From Chitinophaga pinensis (GTDB lineage: Bacteria; Bacteroidota; Bacteroidia; NS11-12g; UBA955): a stretch of DNA of 64,000 bases. The stretch lies in NCBI GenBank assembly GCA_945888525.1, contig CAMDAF010000005.1, positions 34,512-98,511 on the forward strand. The letters run 5' to 3'. The notes below the pieces were generated by a model. That model worked only from the letters and a program-made list of their open reading frames with translations, was not told the DNA's origin and made no database searches. Each line of letters starts with the position of its first letter. The stretch's first letter is position 1. The position numbers were made by a program, and so were the translations under genes. Shown piece after piece: positions 19,693 through 28,763 of this stretch.

Positions 19693-22600
19693 ATGCTTAA
19701 AAAAGTACCGGCTTTTATTTTATTGTTCTTTTCTCTTCAGTATTCTATAGCTCAAAGCGCTCAAGACACAATTAATAATCCATATTGGGTTGAAATGATG
19801 CAAAATCAGTCAATCAACATACACCAAACCCAAAGGGCTTTTAACCTCTATTGGAGCAATAAAACAATTCAAAAAGGCAGCGGTTGGAAAGCCTTTAAAA
19901 GATGGGAATATTTATCTCTAAAATTGGTTGATAGTTTAGGGTTTTTTCCGAATACAGGTTTCCAATATCAGGATTTTTTAAATAAAATTGATGCTGATAA
20001 TAAACTTTGGGATGTTGTTATTCCTGGCCTGGGCCCCGGATCTGCGCCATGCAAAAACCAAGGCAACTGGAAATCCATTGGTCCTAATTCATTGCCTATA
20101 AACAATACAGGACAAATGAATGGTATGGGACGTGTCAATGCAATTGCTTTACACCCAACAGACACAAATACAATGTTTATTGGCGCTGCTGCAGGGGGTA
20201 TCTGGAAGACCACCGATGGCGGTATAACTTGGAAAGTGAATTCTGATTCCCTTCCGACTTTAGGTGTTTCAGCTATTGCAATTAACCCGAGCAATCCAAG
20301 CATTATGTATTTTGGCTCTGGAGACCGTGATGCAGGAGATGCTGCAGGTTTTGGGGTATTTAAAAGCAATAATTCTGGACTTACATGGTTTATTTCCAAC
20401 AATGGCATGGGAAATAGAAAAGTCTCCCGCTTGATTATTGATCCAAACAATATTAATATATTAATAGCAGCCACCGACAATGGTATTTACAGATCAATTA
20501 ATGCGGGTGTTAATTGGACCCAAACCTTTAATGGTGGTTTCTTTAAAGACCTTATTTTCAAACCAAACAATTCAAAAGTGGTATATGCGACCAAAGATGC
20601 TTTGTTTTACCGATCAATAGACAATGGCGTAAACTGGACAAATCTCAGCAATGGTTTGCCTACAAGCTCAATTTCTCGCGGTGTTATTGAGGTAAATGCC
20701 AAAGACCCAAAAATGGTCTATTTTTGGATATCAAATGGGAGTGTTCATAAAGGTATTTATTTATCAAGAGACAGTGGCTCAACGTTCAAAACCCAATCAA
20801 CTACACCTAATATACACGATTACTCAACAAATGGCAGTGGCTCATCTGGGCAAGCTTGGTATAACATGGATATGGTCTCTGACCCAAGCAATCAAGCAAT
20901 ACTCTATTGCGGAGGTGTCAATGTTTTTAAATCTACAGATACAGGTAAAACGTGGACCATTGCTGGGTATTGGGTAAATCAAATTCACGCTGACCAGCAT
21001 GAATTGGTCGCAAGCCCTTTAACCAATAGGATTTTTGCCGCCAATGATGGGGGAATTTATGCTTCGAGAAATAAAGGAAATTCATGGATACCACTAAGCA
21101 GTGGAATCGGTATCGCGCAGATTTACAAAATGGGCGCCTCCAGAAGTGTTAAAAATATTCTAATTAATGGCTACCAGGACAATGGAACTGCTAACTACAA
21201 TAAAAATTGGTACACAACTTATGGTGGAGATGGTATGGATTGTGACATCGACCAAACAGATTCAAGGTATAGTTACGGTGAAATTTATTTTGGCAGTATT
21301 TTTAGAGTTTTTAATGTCAATGCTCAAGCCACTATTGCAAACAATGGATACATTGCTGCTGGTAGCGATACAATTAACGAATCAGGCGCTTGGGTTACGC
21401 CATTTAAATTAAGGGAAGGATTTGGTAATACAATGTATGTTGGATATAAAAACATTTGGAGAAGCAACAACATAAAAAACGCTACGGTTACATGGAAAAA
21501 AATATCCAATAATTTAGGGGGTGTTAATAACCGCGACTTTAATGAATTAGAAAGCAATATTGCAAATTCTGATGTCCTATATGCCGCAAGATCAAATGGA
21601 ACTTTTTTCAGAAGTGACAATGTTAATTCAACCACGCCAACTTGGTCTTCGCTAACTTTACCTTCCTCGGGCGTTGTCAATGCCATAGAAACCGATCCTA
21701 AGAATCAAAACAGTGTCTTTATAGCGATAGGGAATAAAGTGTATAAATCATCAAATAAAGGAGGAACTTGGACGCAAGTGCTTAGTAACTTTTCATATAA
21801 CGTATCCTCAATATTATTGGATACCTCTAATAAAAAGCGGGGTATTTATGTGGCGACTATGGGCGGAGGTGTATGGTATGCCGATACCACTCAAAATTCT
21901 TGGCGTTATTTTAGTAAAGGATTGCCACACACAGTAAATGTGACAGATTTAGAAATGTATTATGAGCCTAATAAGTCTTGCAATTGCAATGTTCTTTATG
22001 GATCAACCTACAACAGAGGCACCTACTATACCACGATTTTTAATGATGGCACTCAAAAACCAATTGCTCTTTTAGATCCTTATGATACGGTTGTTTGCAA
22101 ATCTGCAATCCTTAGTTTCAATAGTAAATCGTGCAACAATCCAACCCGATTCAAATGGTCAATTACACCCTCAACTTTTGTGTATTTAAATTCCAATGAC
22201 TCGACAACTGAAAACCCGTCAATCAAGTTAAGCAATCCTGGCATTTATACCTATAAATTCATGGCTGAAAATTGCAATGGAATTGATACTTTAACTGGAT
22301 TTATAACTGCTGGAGACACAGCGAAAAAAACATGCATTCCTACAACCAATAATAATTTTGGTGGATTAGGGATTTTTAACGTCAACATTGCCAATGTCAA
22401 TAGAAGTTCAGGTGATAGATCTCAAGAGGGACCATACGTAGATGTTTCCTGTTCCAATTTAATTAAAGTAAAAAGAGGTAAAAAATATGCTTTAAAAGTG
22501 GTCACTGGCCAATACAACAACGAACAAGTTAAAGCATTTATAGACTTTAACAACAACGGCTTGTTAACTGATGCAGGGGAGTTGGTATACCAGCCCGTTG

Positions 22601-25035
22601 CAGGTTTAATTAACCACTTGGATACCATCACTATTCCCTTGAATGCAAAAATAGGAACGATTTTGAGAATGAGAATTCGAAGTGATTTTAATAGTTTAGG
22701 CACAAATCCTTGTAGCAATTTAAATTATGGTCAAACTGAAGATTATGGGCTTTATATTGAACCAGAACTAATCCCAAAATTTGTAAGCAACAAACCTAAC
22801 GTTTGCCCAAATGCAACTATGGTTTTTACCGACTCAAGTAATTTACCTGGAATAAAATACCAGTGGAGTTTTGGTGCTAGCGCAGTTCCCTCAACAGCAA
22901 TTGGCAAAGGACCACATTCAGTATACTACACTAGCTCAGGTTATAAAACAGTAAGCTTAACCATCGATGGTAAACAAACCAAAAAAGACAGTGCAGTGTT
23001 TATTTACAAAGCCCCAAACATGCAAATTGCATGGATTAAAGGCGATTCTTCATTGTGTGTTGGAAAGTCTTTTGCGCTAAAGGCAAACGATTTAAATGCT
23101 TCAGGTTCAACCTATCAATGGCAGTACAATTCTGTTAACATAAAAGATTCAACATTGCTGTTTTATAGAGTTGGAAACAGCCGGTTTTCTGACAGTGGAA
23201 CTTACTCAATTGTTGCGAGCAACCAATGCAAAGACACCGCATCGGTTTATTTAAAAATAAGACCTAAACCGAATGTGCTTATTTCTGTAAACGACAGCAC
23301 ACAATGCTTTAATGGGCATTCTTTTAATCTAAAAAATCTTACAACGCTTAGCGGTTCAAGTTTTAAAAATGTGTGGAAGTACAGCGATAATGTAAAAGAC
23401 TCAAATGTCAATTCCATTCATGTATTCTCCGGAATAGGGAAGTACACCACCAAACTCATATGTTTCACTCCATATTCCTGTTCAGATTCAATCATCCAAT
23501 CCCTAGAAGTTTTTGAAAGTCCTAAAGCCTCTTTCTCGACAAGCCCCAAAGAACAGTGCTTCAAAGGCAATGGTTTTGTATTCTCTAATTCGAGCACGTC
23601 TAATTCAGGTGTTTTTAACTCTCAATGGGATATGGGCGATGGAAGCCGCTCAAGTTTGTTTTTGCCTCCCAATAAATCGTATAAAATCTTCGACACAATT
23701 TATGCCATCAAATTGGTTTTAAGTACTGTAAATCTTTGTAAAGACTCTATAATAAACAAGGTAAAATTGTGGCCACAGACCAACTTAAAATTAAAAATTA
23801 GCGATTCAGTACAATGCTTTAAACAAAATAAATTCAGTTTTTCTGATTTCGGAAATATCACAGCAGGAAATTATTCGCTTCAATGGAATTTGGGTGATGG
23901 TAATTTTAAAAACGGACAATCAATAACGCATGCCTACGCGAATAAAGGTAATTACCAATTGATTTTAAATTCAGTAAGCGATAAATTATGCCGTGATACC
24001 GCCCTTAAAAACATAAAGGTACTTGAATCTCCAATTGCAAATTTCACAATCAATGACACCGTTCAATGTTTAATTGGTAATTTGTTTTCGCTTAACGACC
24101 AATCAATATCAAGCCTAAGCTATAAACGCCATTGGTATATCCCGATCTTGTCGCTTAATCAAAACAACAATGAAACCTTTACAAGTTCAGATACAGGGTA
24201 TAATTTTCTTAGCCTAGCCATTGTAAATAATCTTGCTTGTGCCGACTCCATTGTAAAAAAAGTTTATGTCTCACCGATGCCCGAATTTGAAGTTGTAGGG
24301 CCGAAGGAAATTTGCAAGCATGATTCGGTTTTAATCAGTATTAATGGTGTTTCATTTAATACATACGATTGGAAGATAAACAACACAATACAGGCCAAAG
24401 GTTTAAATTACGTATTTCTTGGTAAAAAATCTGGATTTAATGATTTTGAAGTGGTAGCCAGCAATTCTCTTGGGTGTAAAAGCAAGAAAGTTTTATCAAA
24501 TTTCTTATTTGTTAACGATTTGCCAATTGTCGACTTCTCTGATTCGGTTAGTTACCAAGATCCCTATTTATTGCTTACATTTAAGGATAAATCAAAGAAC
24601 TCTACTTTGACAAGATCTTGGTTTTTTTCCAATGGCCTTAGCAGTTCTAAGCAAACGGAATCTTTCTTAATAAATGATTCAACCCAATTGCAGGTTAAAC
24701 TAACCATTGTTGACACCAATAATTGCAAAGCTGAAATTTCTAAAAACTTGTTTTATAAAACGCCATATTATATTCCTAATGCATTTACGCCTAATAGTGA
24801 CGGCAATAATGAGGTCTTTAGAATTTATGGCCTCTACAAATACAAAACATATTCAATGCGCATATACAACCGTTGGGGTGAATTGCTTTTTAATAGCAAT
24901 GATCCAAAGATTGGCTGGAATGGTTATTTTATGGGTGAATTAGTTCCATTAGGGCATTATCTTTACAACATTGAATTCGAAAATTTGGATGGGGTTAAAA
25001 CCATTGAAAATGGAACTCTATTGTTGCTAAAATAA
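19693..25035 (+). CDS. giant cell-surface protein: Asp-box (BNR/sortilin-like) beta-propeller region + GEVED-like domain + PKD-like repeat array + T9SS type-B C-terminal domain
   Basis: Start set at MLKKVPAFILLFFSLQYSIAQ, 11 nt after a TATATTTG box. Repeated SxDxGxTW Asp-boxes (TTDGGITW, SNNSGLTW, SINAGVNW, SIDNGVNW, STDTGKTW, SSNKGGTW). GQTEDYGLYIEP (GEVED-like). WDMGDGS and WNLGDGN PKD signatures. C-terminus YYIPNAFTPNSDGNNEVFRIYG...IYNRWGELLF...GWNGYF...GHYLYNI. Confidence 0.85.
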   Translation: MLKKVPAFILLFFSLQYSIAQSAQDTINNPYWVEMMQNQSINIHQTQRAFNLYWSNKTIQKGSGWKAFKRWEYLSLKLVDSLGFFPNTGFQYQDFLNKIDADNKLWDVVIPGLGPGSAPCKNQGNWKSIGPNSLPINNTGQMNGMGRVNAIALHPTDTNTMFIGAAAGGIWKTTDGGITWKVNSDSLPTLGVSAIAINPSNPSIMYFGSGDRDAGDAAGFGVFKSNNSGLTWFISNNGMGNRKVSRLIIDPNNINILIAATDNGIYRSINAGVNWTQTFNGGFFKDLIFKPNNSKVVYATKDALFYRSIDNGVNWTNLSNGLPTSSISRGVIEVNAKDPKMVYFWISNGSVHKGIYLSRDSGSTFKTQSTTPNIHDYSTNGSGSSGQAWYNMDMVSDPSNQAILYCGGVNVFKSTDTGKTWTIAGYWVNQIHADQHELVASPLTNRIFAANDGGIYASRNKGNSWIPLSSGIGIAQIYKMGASRSVKNILINGYQDNGTANYNKNWYTTYGGDGMDCDIDQTDSRYSYGEIYFGSIFRVFNVNAQATIANNGYIAAGSDTINESGAWVTPFKLREGFGNTMYVGYKNIWRSNNIKNATVTWKKISNNLGGVNNRDFNELESNIANSDVLYAARSNGTFFRSDNVNSTTPTWSSLTLPSSGVVNAIETDPKNQNSVFIAIGNKVYKSSNKGGTWTQVLSNFSYNVSSILLDTSNKKRGIYVATMGGGVWYADTTQNSWRYFSKGLPHTVNVTDLEMYYEPNKSCNCNVLYGSTYNRGTYYTTIFNDGTQKPIALLDPYDTVVCKSAILSFNSKSCNNPTRFKWSITPSTFVYLNSNDSTTENPSIKLSNPGIYTYKFMAENCNGIDTLTGFITAGDTAKKTCIPTTNNNFGGLGIFNVNIANVNRSSGDRSQEGPYVDVSCSNLIKVKRGKKYALKVVTGQYNNEQVKAFIDFNNNGLLTDAGELVYQPVAGLINHLDTITIPLNAKIGTILRMRIRSDFNSLGTNPCSNLNYGQTEDYGLYIEPELIPKFVSNKPNVCPNATMVFTDSSNLPGIKYQWSFGASAVPSTAIGKGPHSVYYTSSGYKTVSLTIDGKQTKKDSAVFIYKAPNMQIAWIKGDSSLCVGKSFALKANDLNASGSTYQWQYNSVNIKDSTLLFYRVGNSRFSDSGTYSIVASNQCKDTASVYLKIRPKPNVLISVNDSTQCFNGHSFNLKNLTTLSGSSFKNVWKYSDNVKDSNVNSIHVFSGIGKYTTKLICFTPYSCSDSIIQSLEVFESPKASFSTSPKEQCFKGNGFVFSNSSTSNSGVFNSQWDMGDGSRSSLFLPPNKSYKIFDTIYAIKLVLSTVNLCKDSIINKVKLWPQTNLKLKISDSVQCFKQNKFSFSDFGNITAGNYSLQWNLGDGNFKNGQSITHAYANKGNYQLILNSVSDKLCRDTALKNIKVLESPIANFTINDTVQCLIGNLFSLNDQSISSLSYKRHWYIPILSLNQNNNETFTSSDTGYNFLSLAIVNNLACADSIVKKVYVSPMPEFEVVGPKEICKHDSVLISINGVSFNTYDWKINNTIQAKGLNYVFLGKKSGFNDFEVVASNSLGCKSKKVLSNFLFVNDLPIVDFSDSVSYQDPYLLLTFKDKSKNSTLTRSWFFSNGLSSSKQTESFLINDSTQLQVKLTIVDTNNCKAEISKNLFYKTPYYIPNAFTPNSDGNNEVFRIYGLYKYKTYSMRIYNRWGELLFNSNDPKIGWNGYFMGELVPLGHYLYNIEFENLDGVKTIENGTLLLLK

Positions 25036-25042
25036 AACACCC

Positions 25043-25264
25043 ATGCAAGGACCTGATCCCAATATTTTACTCAAGTTAGTGGAAATGAAAATGCCTTTCG
25101 GCAAATACAAAGGAACTTTAATTTGTGATCTGCCAGTGTCCTACCTTGAGTGGTTTAGCAGCAAGGGATTCCCTGAGGGGCAATTGGGTATGTTGTTAAG
25201 AACAATATACGAAATTAAAATTAATGGGCTCGAATACTTACTAAAGCCTTTGAAAAACAGGTAG
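25043..25264 (+). CDS. DUF3820-like small protein
   Basis: 73 aa with KMPFGKYKGTLICDLPVSYLEWFSSKGFPEGQLG, the pattern I associate with DUF3820 (QSregVF_b-like). Confidence 0.55.
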   Translation: MQGPDPNILLKLVEMKMPFGKYKGTLICDLPVSYLEWFSSKGFPEGQLGMLLRTIYEIKINGLEYLLKPLKNR

Positions 25265-25265
25265 T

Positions 25266-25637
25266 TTATTGAGCGGTTTGGAGTAGAAAATACACTGAAT
25301 CTTCATGCATTTTTAATTCATATTTGGATAAAATATCAATATTGAAATGCCTAATTGTATCTGGTGAAGTATAGTGTAAATGCAGTATATGGTCTGAATA
25401 CGTCCATTTACCTTTCATTTGTTTTTTAACTGACTCAATATTGTACTCAAAAGTACTATCAGGTTTTACTGTCAAATGGTCGTTGTCAAGAACCTCAATA
25501 TAGGTTGCTCCATTTTTTTGGATCTGGAGGTATTTCCAATTTCCGACCAAAAATTCTGTTTCGTTCTTTTGATGACAAGCAAAAAGAGAAACAGAAAAAA
25601 GTATGAGTAATATTTTATTTACGCTGGTCAATTTCAT
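25266..25637 (-). CDS. hypothetical lipoprotein (lipocalin-like size)
   Basis: Lipobox LFSVSLFAC. 123 aa. Overlaps the 3' end of the upstream gene by 23 nt. Confidence 0.5.
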   Translation of the reverse strand: MKLTSVNKILLILFSVSLFACHQKNETEFLVGNWKYLQIQKNGATYIEVLDNDHLTVKPDSTFEYNIESVKKQMKGKWTYSDHILHLHYTSPDTIRHFNIDILSKYELKMHEDSVYFLLQTAQ

Positions 25638-26208
25638 CTCTAATTTGTGCAGCTTTCATATAATCTTCATTTCTTAAAGCTTCATCTAACAGTGTTTCGA
25701 GTTCACTTATTGATTTTCCATGATAGGCATCGTGGACAGATTTCTCTCCAACATGGTTTAAATCATGGCCATCATCGCGCCCAGGCTTTTGAATTTGATT
25801 CTCTTCGATGTCAATTCCTGCCTCTTCCAAAATGGCATCTGTCGTAAAAATGGGACAATTAAATCTAACGGCGATAGCAATTGCATCACTTGTTCGACAA
25901 TCAATACTTAATTTTTCATCGGTATTTTCGACTGTGAGGGTGGCATAAAATACACCTTCCTTTAATTGATGAATAAATACTTCTGTTATTGTAAAGCCTA
26001 GTTTTTTTGCAAAGACTAAAAACAAATCATGCGTTAAAGGCCGGTCTGTATTGATGCCTTCTAAAGGTATTGCTATTGCTTGTGCTTCAAATTGCCCTAC
26101 TATTATCGGTAATTTACGATCTCCATCAATTTCAGCCAATATCAGGCTATATGAACCTTTTATTTGAGATGGAGCAATACCATAGATATCCAATTCGATT
26201 TTTTTCAA
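25615..26208 (-). CDS. bifunctional nuclease (DUF151) family protein with C-terminal UVR motif
   Basis: N-terminal DUF151-like core (LPIIVGQFEAQAIAI...RPLTHDL) and C-terminal UvrB/UvrC-type motif (LDEALRNEDYMKAAQIRDEI). Confidence 0.7.
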   Translation of the reverse strand: MKKIELDIYGIAPSQIKGSYSLILAEIDGDRKLPIIVGQFEAQAIAIPLEGINTDRPLTHDLFLVFAKKLGFTITEVFIHQLKEGVFYATLTVENTDEKLSIDCRTSDAIAIAVRFNCPIFTTDAILEEAGIDIEENQIQKPGRDDGHDLNHVGEKSVHDAYHGKSISELETLLDEALRNEDYMKAAQIRDEIDQRK

Positions 26209-26224
26209 AGCTAGAAAATAAAAT

Positions 26225-27163
26225 TTAGCGGTTTTTGGCTGCTTGTATTAACTGTGGCAATATTTCAAAAGCATCACCAACGATGCCGTAATCGGCTGCT
26301 TTAAAAAATGGCGCTTCAGGATCTTTGTTGATCGCAACAATGATTTTACTGCTGCTTACGCCTGCCAAATGTTGAATTGCACCTGATATGCCAATGGCAA
26401 TATAAAGGTTAGGCTTTATGGTTATTCCTGTTTGACCTACGTGCTCATTATGCGGTCTCCAACCCATATCACTTACAGGTTTTGAACAAGCTGTTGCTGC
26501 ACCTAATAAATCTGCCAGCTCTTCCACCATTATCCAATTCTCAGGACCTTTCATGCCTCTACCTGCTGAAACTACAACTTCTGCTTCTGTCAAAGGGATT
26601 TTACCCGCAGATTTAGAAGTTGAAAGTATTTGTGTTGAAGCATTGATTTGCTCCGTCGCTGTATTCTCAATGGAGATACTTTGATTGTTTTCAATCAAAT
26701 CCGTGCTGTTAGGCGTAATTGCGACAATTTTATTTGCCTTTTCTAATTTGACATAAGCGAAACCTTTGCCTGAAAAGACACCGCGTTTAACAGTAAAACC
26801 ATTGCTCATGTCCGGATATGCAATAACATTTGTTGCCAGAGATGCATTCATTCCAACAGCAATCCTAGGGGCTATTGATTTTGCTTCGTAGGTGTTTGCT
26901 ATGACTAAAGTTTTAATGCCTGAGTTCTCAATTGTTTTTGTTACAGCATTAGCGTATAATTGAGCATCAAAAAAATCTAATCCTTCGATTACGATCAATT
27001 TATTTACGCCGTATTTGGCCAATTTATCAGCTTCACCATCTTTAGGTTTGCCAACACAAATTGCAGTAACCGGTCCATTTTGAATTTTTGAAGCGTATGA
27101 TGCGGCTTCTAAAACTGATTTCTTAAAGATTCCCTCTGAATTTTCTGCGTATATTCCAGTCAT
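26225..27163 (-). CDS. etfA: electron transfer flavoprotein subunit alpha
   Basis: C-terminal FAD-binding region VVSAGRG...PNLYIAIGISGAIQHLAG...IVAINKDPEAPFF. Directly downstream of etfB. Confidence 0.9.
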   Translation of the reverse strand: MTGIYAENSEGIFKKSVLEAASYASKIQNGPVTAICVGKPKDGEADKLAKYGVNKLIVIEGLDFFDAQLYANAVTKTIENSGIKTLVIANTYEAKSIAPRIAVGMNASLATNVIAYPDMSNGFTVKRGVFSGKGFAYVKLEKANKIVAITPNSTDLIENNQSISIENTATEQINASTQILSTSKSAGKIPLTEAEVVVSAGRGMKGPENWIMVEELADLLGAATACSKPVSDMGWRPHNEHVGQTGITIKPNLYIAIGISGAIQHLAGVSSSKIIVAINKDPEAPFFKAADYGIVGDAFEILPQLIQAAKNR

Positions 27164-27164
27164 G

Positions 27165-27905
27165 TTATGCGATTATTTTAGCTTCGTTTCTTAAAATGTC
27201 AATTAATTGTCCAGCTTGGCTTGCATCTATCAAACGAACAGCTTGCTTGGCTTGTGGACTTTCAAATAGGCTGTAGGTGCTACTGTTTTCGACCGATACA
27301 GCCTCTATCACTAGCAAAGGTTTGGTTCTCGCCGCCATAATTCCTTTCATATTTGGAATTCTCGGCTCACATAAATCCTTTTGCGCACTTGCAACTACTG
27401 GCAAACTTGAACTTATGTTCTGTCTGCCACCGTCAATATCCCTTTCGAAAATTGCTTTGCCATCTTGCACATCTATTTGAGTGCATACATTGACTGATGG
27501 CCACGACAATAGGGCTCCAAGTAAACTACACATCTGTCCACCATTGTAATCAATGCTTTCACGACCGGTCAAAACCATGTCGTATCCATTTGCTTTTATA
27601 TGCTCAGCAATTTGTTCAGCAACAAATTGACCGTCTTTTGGTTCTGCATTAATTCTAATTGCATCATTAGCGCCAATTGCCAAAGCTTTTCGAATTACAG
27701 CATCTGCATCGGCTAATCCAACTGTTGCAACTGTAACCGTTCCACCGTTTTTTTCTGTAAGTTCCAATGCCTTGGTTAATGATAACTCATCATATGGATT
27801 TATAATGAACTGAACCCCTTGTGAATTAAATTGGGTATTGTTATCTGTAAAAGTGATTTTTGTGGTGGTATCTGGAACCACGCTCATGCACACTAAAATT
27901 TTCAT
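27165..27905 (-). CDS. etfB: electron transfer flavoprotein subunit beta
   Basis: MKILVCMSVVPDTTTKI, INPYDELSLTKALEL, VLTGRESIDYNGGQ. Paired with etfA. Confidence 0.9.
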   Translation of the reverse strand: MKILVCMSVVPDTTTKITFTDNNTQFNSQGVQFIINPYDELSLTKALELTEKNGGTVTVATVGLADADAVIRKALAIGANDAIRINAEPKDGQFVAEQIAEHIKANGYDMVLTGRESIDYNGGQMCSLLGALLSWPSVNVCTQIDVQDGKAIFERDIDGGRQNISSSLPVVASAQKDLCEPRIPNMKGIMAARTKPLLVIEAVSVENSSTYSLFESPQAKQAVRLIDASQAGQLIDILRNEAKIIA

Positions 27906-27919
27906 GAAAGATTAAAAAA

Positions 27920-27935
27920 ATATTTTTGCAAAATT
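27920..27935. promoter_or_regulatory. abutting divergent -7 boxes (TATTTTTG / CAAAATTA)
   Basis: tatttttgcaaaatta: the plus-strand TAnnTTTG serves 27947 and the minus-strand TAATTTTG serves etfB (ATG 27905). Together they form a near-palindrome. Confidence 0.45.
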
Positions 27936-27946
27936 AAGTATAAAAA

Positions 27947-28306
27947 ATGCTAAGAAAAAATGAGTTTTGCAAAGTAATTAACAATATCGAATCAATGGAC
28001 AGAATAGACACAATCAAACAATTGCTTTCACAAAATCCAAATGACATTTTTCTCAATTATGCTTTGGCTATGGAATACATGTCAATATCAGATTGGAATT
28101 CAGCAATAATACAGCTTGAATGGATTCGGAATAATCAGTCAGATTATCTTCCATTGTATTATCAGCTAGCCCATGTGTACGAAGAAATTAATGATACTGA
28201 TAATGCAATTGTTATATACAATGAAGGCATTAATATTGCCATTAAACACTCCGATAAAAAAACTGAATTAGAACTTAAAAGCGCACTGGAAGAATTAACT
28301 TTTTAA
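27947..28306 (+). CDS. small TPR-like protein
   Basis: Helical TPR-like repeats (LNYALAMEYMSISDWNSAI..., YYQLAHVYEEINDTDNAIVIY). Alternative start at ATG 27995. Confidence 0.5.
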   Translation: MLRKNEFCKVINNIESMDRIDTIKQLLSQNPNDIFLNYALAMEYMSISDWNSAIIQLEWIRNNQSDYLPLYYQLAHVYEEINDTDNAIVIYNEGINIAIKHSDKKTELELKSALEELTF

Positions 28307-28316
28307 TAAAAACACA

Positions 28317-28763
28317 ATGGAATACATGAGTAAAAACCCCCACTTTAGAAAAGACATTCTTGTAAAGATGCAGTCTAACCATTTTATGCAACATCTAGGT
28401 TTTATGGTCACATCCATTGAACCAGGTTGTATAGAAGGGGAACTGATTTTGCAAAAAATACACTTACAGCAAAACGGTTTTGTGCACGGTGGAGTCACAT
28501 CTACTCTAGCAGATATTGTGATGGGTTTTTCAGCTTTTACTTTGGTTGCAGAAGGCGAGGGTACCGTAACATCTGATCTGAAAATTGCATATTTAAGGCC
28601 AGGTGTAGGCGATAAAATAATCGCTAAGGGTAAGGTTATTAAACCTGGAAACTTATTGCACTATTGTGAATCTGATATTTATTGTGTGCAGCCTGACAAA
28701 AGCGAAGTTTTGATCGCTAGGGGTTACTCAACTATGTGTGTTGTAAAGCATCCAATGGTATAA
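28317..28763 (+). CDS. PaaI-family hotdog-fold thioesterase
   Basis: QQNGFVHGGVTSTLADIVMG motif, 148 aa. Confidence 0.75.
   Translation: MEYMSKNPHFRKDILVKMQSNHFMQHLGFMVTSIEPGCIEGELILQKIHLQQNGFVHGGVTSTLADIVMGFSAFTLVAEGEGTVTSDLKIAYLRPGVGDKIIAKGKVIKPGNLLHYCESDIYCVQPDKSEVLIARGYSTMCVVKHPMV

Noticed and set aside
19968-20480. 170-aa ORF antisense within the giant surface-protein gene, plus similar ones at 21324..21686 and 22422..22718
   Set aside because: They lie opposite well-supported Asp-box and GEVED coding sequence. Their composition is the mirror of G/N/S/T-rich codons, and they have no independent signals.
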